DNA of 63,951 bases, the filler included, from Choristocarpus tenellus KU-1152 (taxonomy: Eukaryota; Protista; Phaeophyceae), in NCBI GenBank assembly GCA_964200185.2. It is 11 parts of 11 records of this genome, joined end to end, with 100 filler letters (N's around TTAATTAATTAA, not from the genome) between each part and the next. Parts side by side here need not be neighbours in the genome. Positions count along the whole stretch, not along the records: positions 61,351 to 63,951 come from CAXNAD020026382.1; 10 more parts are not named here. One strand, 5' to 3'. Positions 63,251 to 63,951 of this stretch are shown here, piece by piece. Made by a program: the position numbers and the translations under genes. Every line of letters begins with the position of its first letter. The first letter of the stretch is position 1. The notes below the pieces were generated by a model. It ran no database searches. It was not told where the DNA came from and was given only the letters and a program-made list of their open reading frames with translations.

Positions 63251-63951
63251 TTAGATAGTTTTACGTCCTCTGTCAGTTTGATCTACCTGCCGCTTCTCCA
63301 TCCATCCCAACCCCCTCCTTTGGACAGTGGGACCATCACATCAATACAACACAATCTATGTTGGGGGTCATTGGATATGTGTGTCGCAGAGTCTGGTACA
63401 ACAGGTAATGTGAGACGTTACTCTATTAGTATCAGTAGGACCCGTAGTTTATCTCTGGTTCGATTGGGTAGTATGCCAAACCCAGGAGGCACTCCTGCTG
63501 CTGTCTGTCTATATATAATATCTTGTGTAGCTGTGAGTGTTTGGTGAGGCAGTGGGGATTCCTGTCCTAGAATTCTGAGGGTGTGTGTTCTCAAAAAAAA
63601 CGTCTAGTTTGTGATAATCGGAAGTAGTGTCGATGAAACGATATTCTATGGCCTGTGCCTCGCCTCCTGCTATATGAAAAACCTAAATGAGTAGTAGATG
63701 TGTCCATGGTGGTATGTAACAAGTGGCTGTACGTCGCACGCAAGACTGTGGAGTTTCCTATCTTGAAGATCGGGACGTTTATATCTGAGGTAATTGGTAC
63801 ATGTTACAGGCGAATAGCGCGAGCGTTTCTTCTTGTATTTCAACGAAGTGCAAGCATTTGTTACACGCGAATAGCGCGAGCATTTTATCCTCATGTTTAG
63901 GTAATGCGAACATTTGTAAAAGGCGCACAGTGTAAGGATTGTTTCTCGAGT

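Noticed and set aside
63800-63885. Direct repeat gcgaatagcgcgagc as a regulatory or CRISPR element
   Set aside because: Only two copies at the window edge; more likely a TE subterminal repeat and too little to call.

Overview
This is eukaryotic, intron-rich genomic DNA, not a prokaryotic locus. TTAGGG-type repeats, gene structure and transposon content suggest a stramenopile, possibly a brown alga; that assignment is inference. The window is not one continuous molecule: it is 11 contig pieces joined by 10 identical artificial 100-nt spacers (44 N + TTAATTAATTAA + 44 N), so adjacency across spacers has no proven meaning. Most ORFs in the supplied track are noise. Recognisable spliced genes, all partial, are a MutY/MUTYH adenine glycosylase (5' exons, with a PIP-box-like motif in an insertion), SMC4 (C-terminal ATPase exons, one with a GC donor), a divergent DDB1/SF3B3/CPSF160-family protein (3' exons), a UvrD/Srs2-like SF1 helicase (motifs Q to III) and IRE1 (luminal end, TM, kinase start). 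There is also an FSH1/OVCA2-type serine hydrolase pseudogene whose catalytic Ser and His are both replaced. The rest is decayed transposons: Ty1/Copia with a recognisable LTR, Ty3/Gypsy relics, CRE-like RLE LINEs with a (TAA)n tail, an hAT-like MITE, and a GAG...CTC MITE family with apparently variable 3-5 bp target duplications. CpG decay is visible between repeat copies. I found no convincing new multi-gene system; the best leads are the TE families, the MUTYH PIP box and the dead FSH1.
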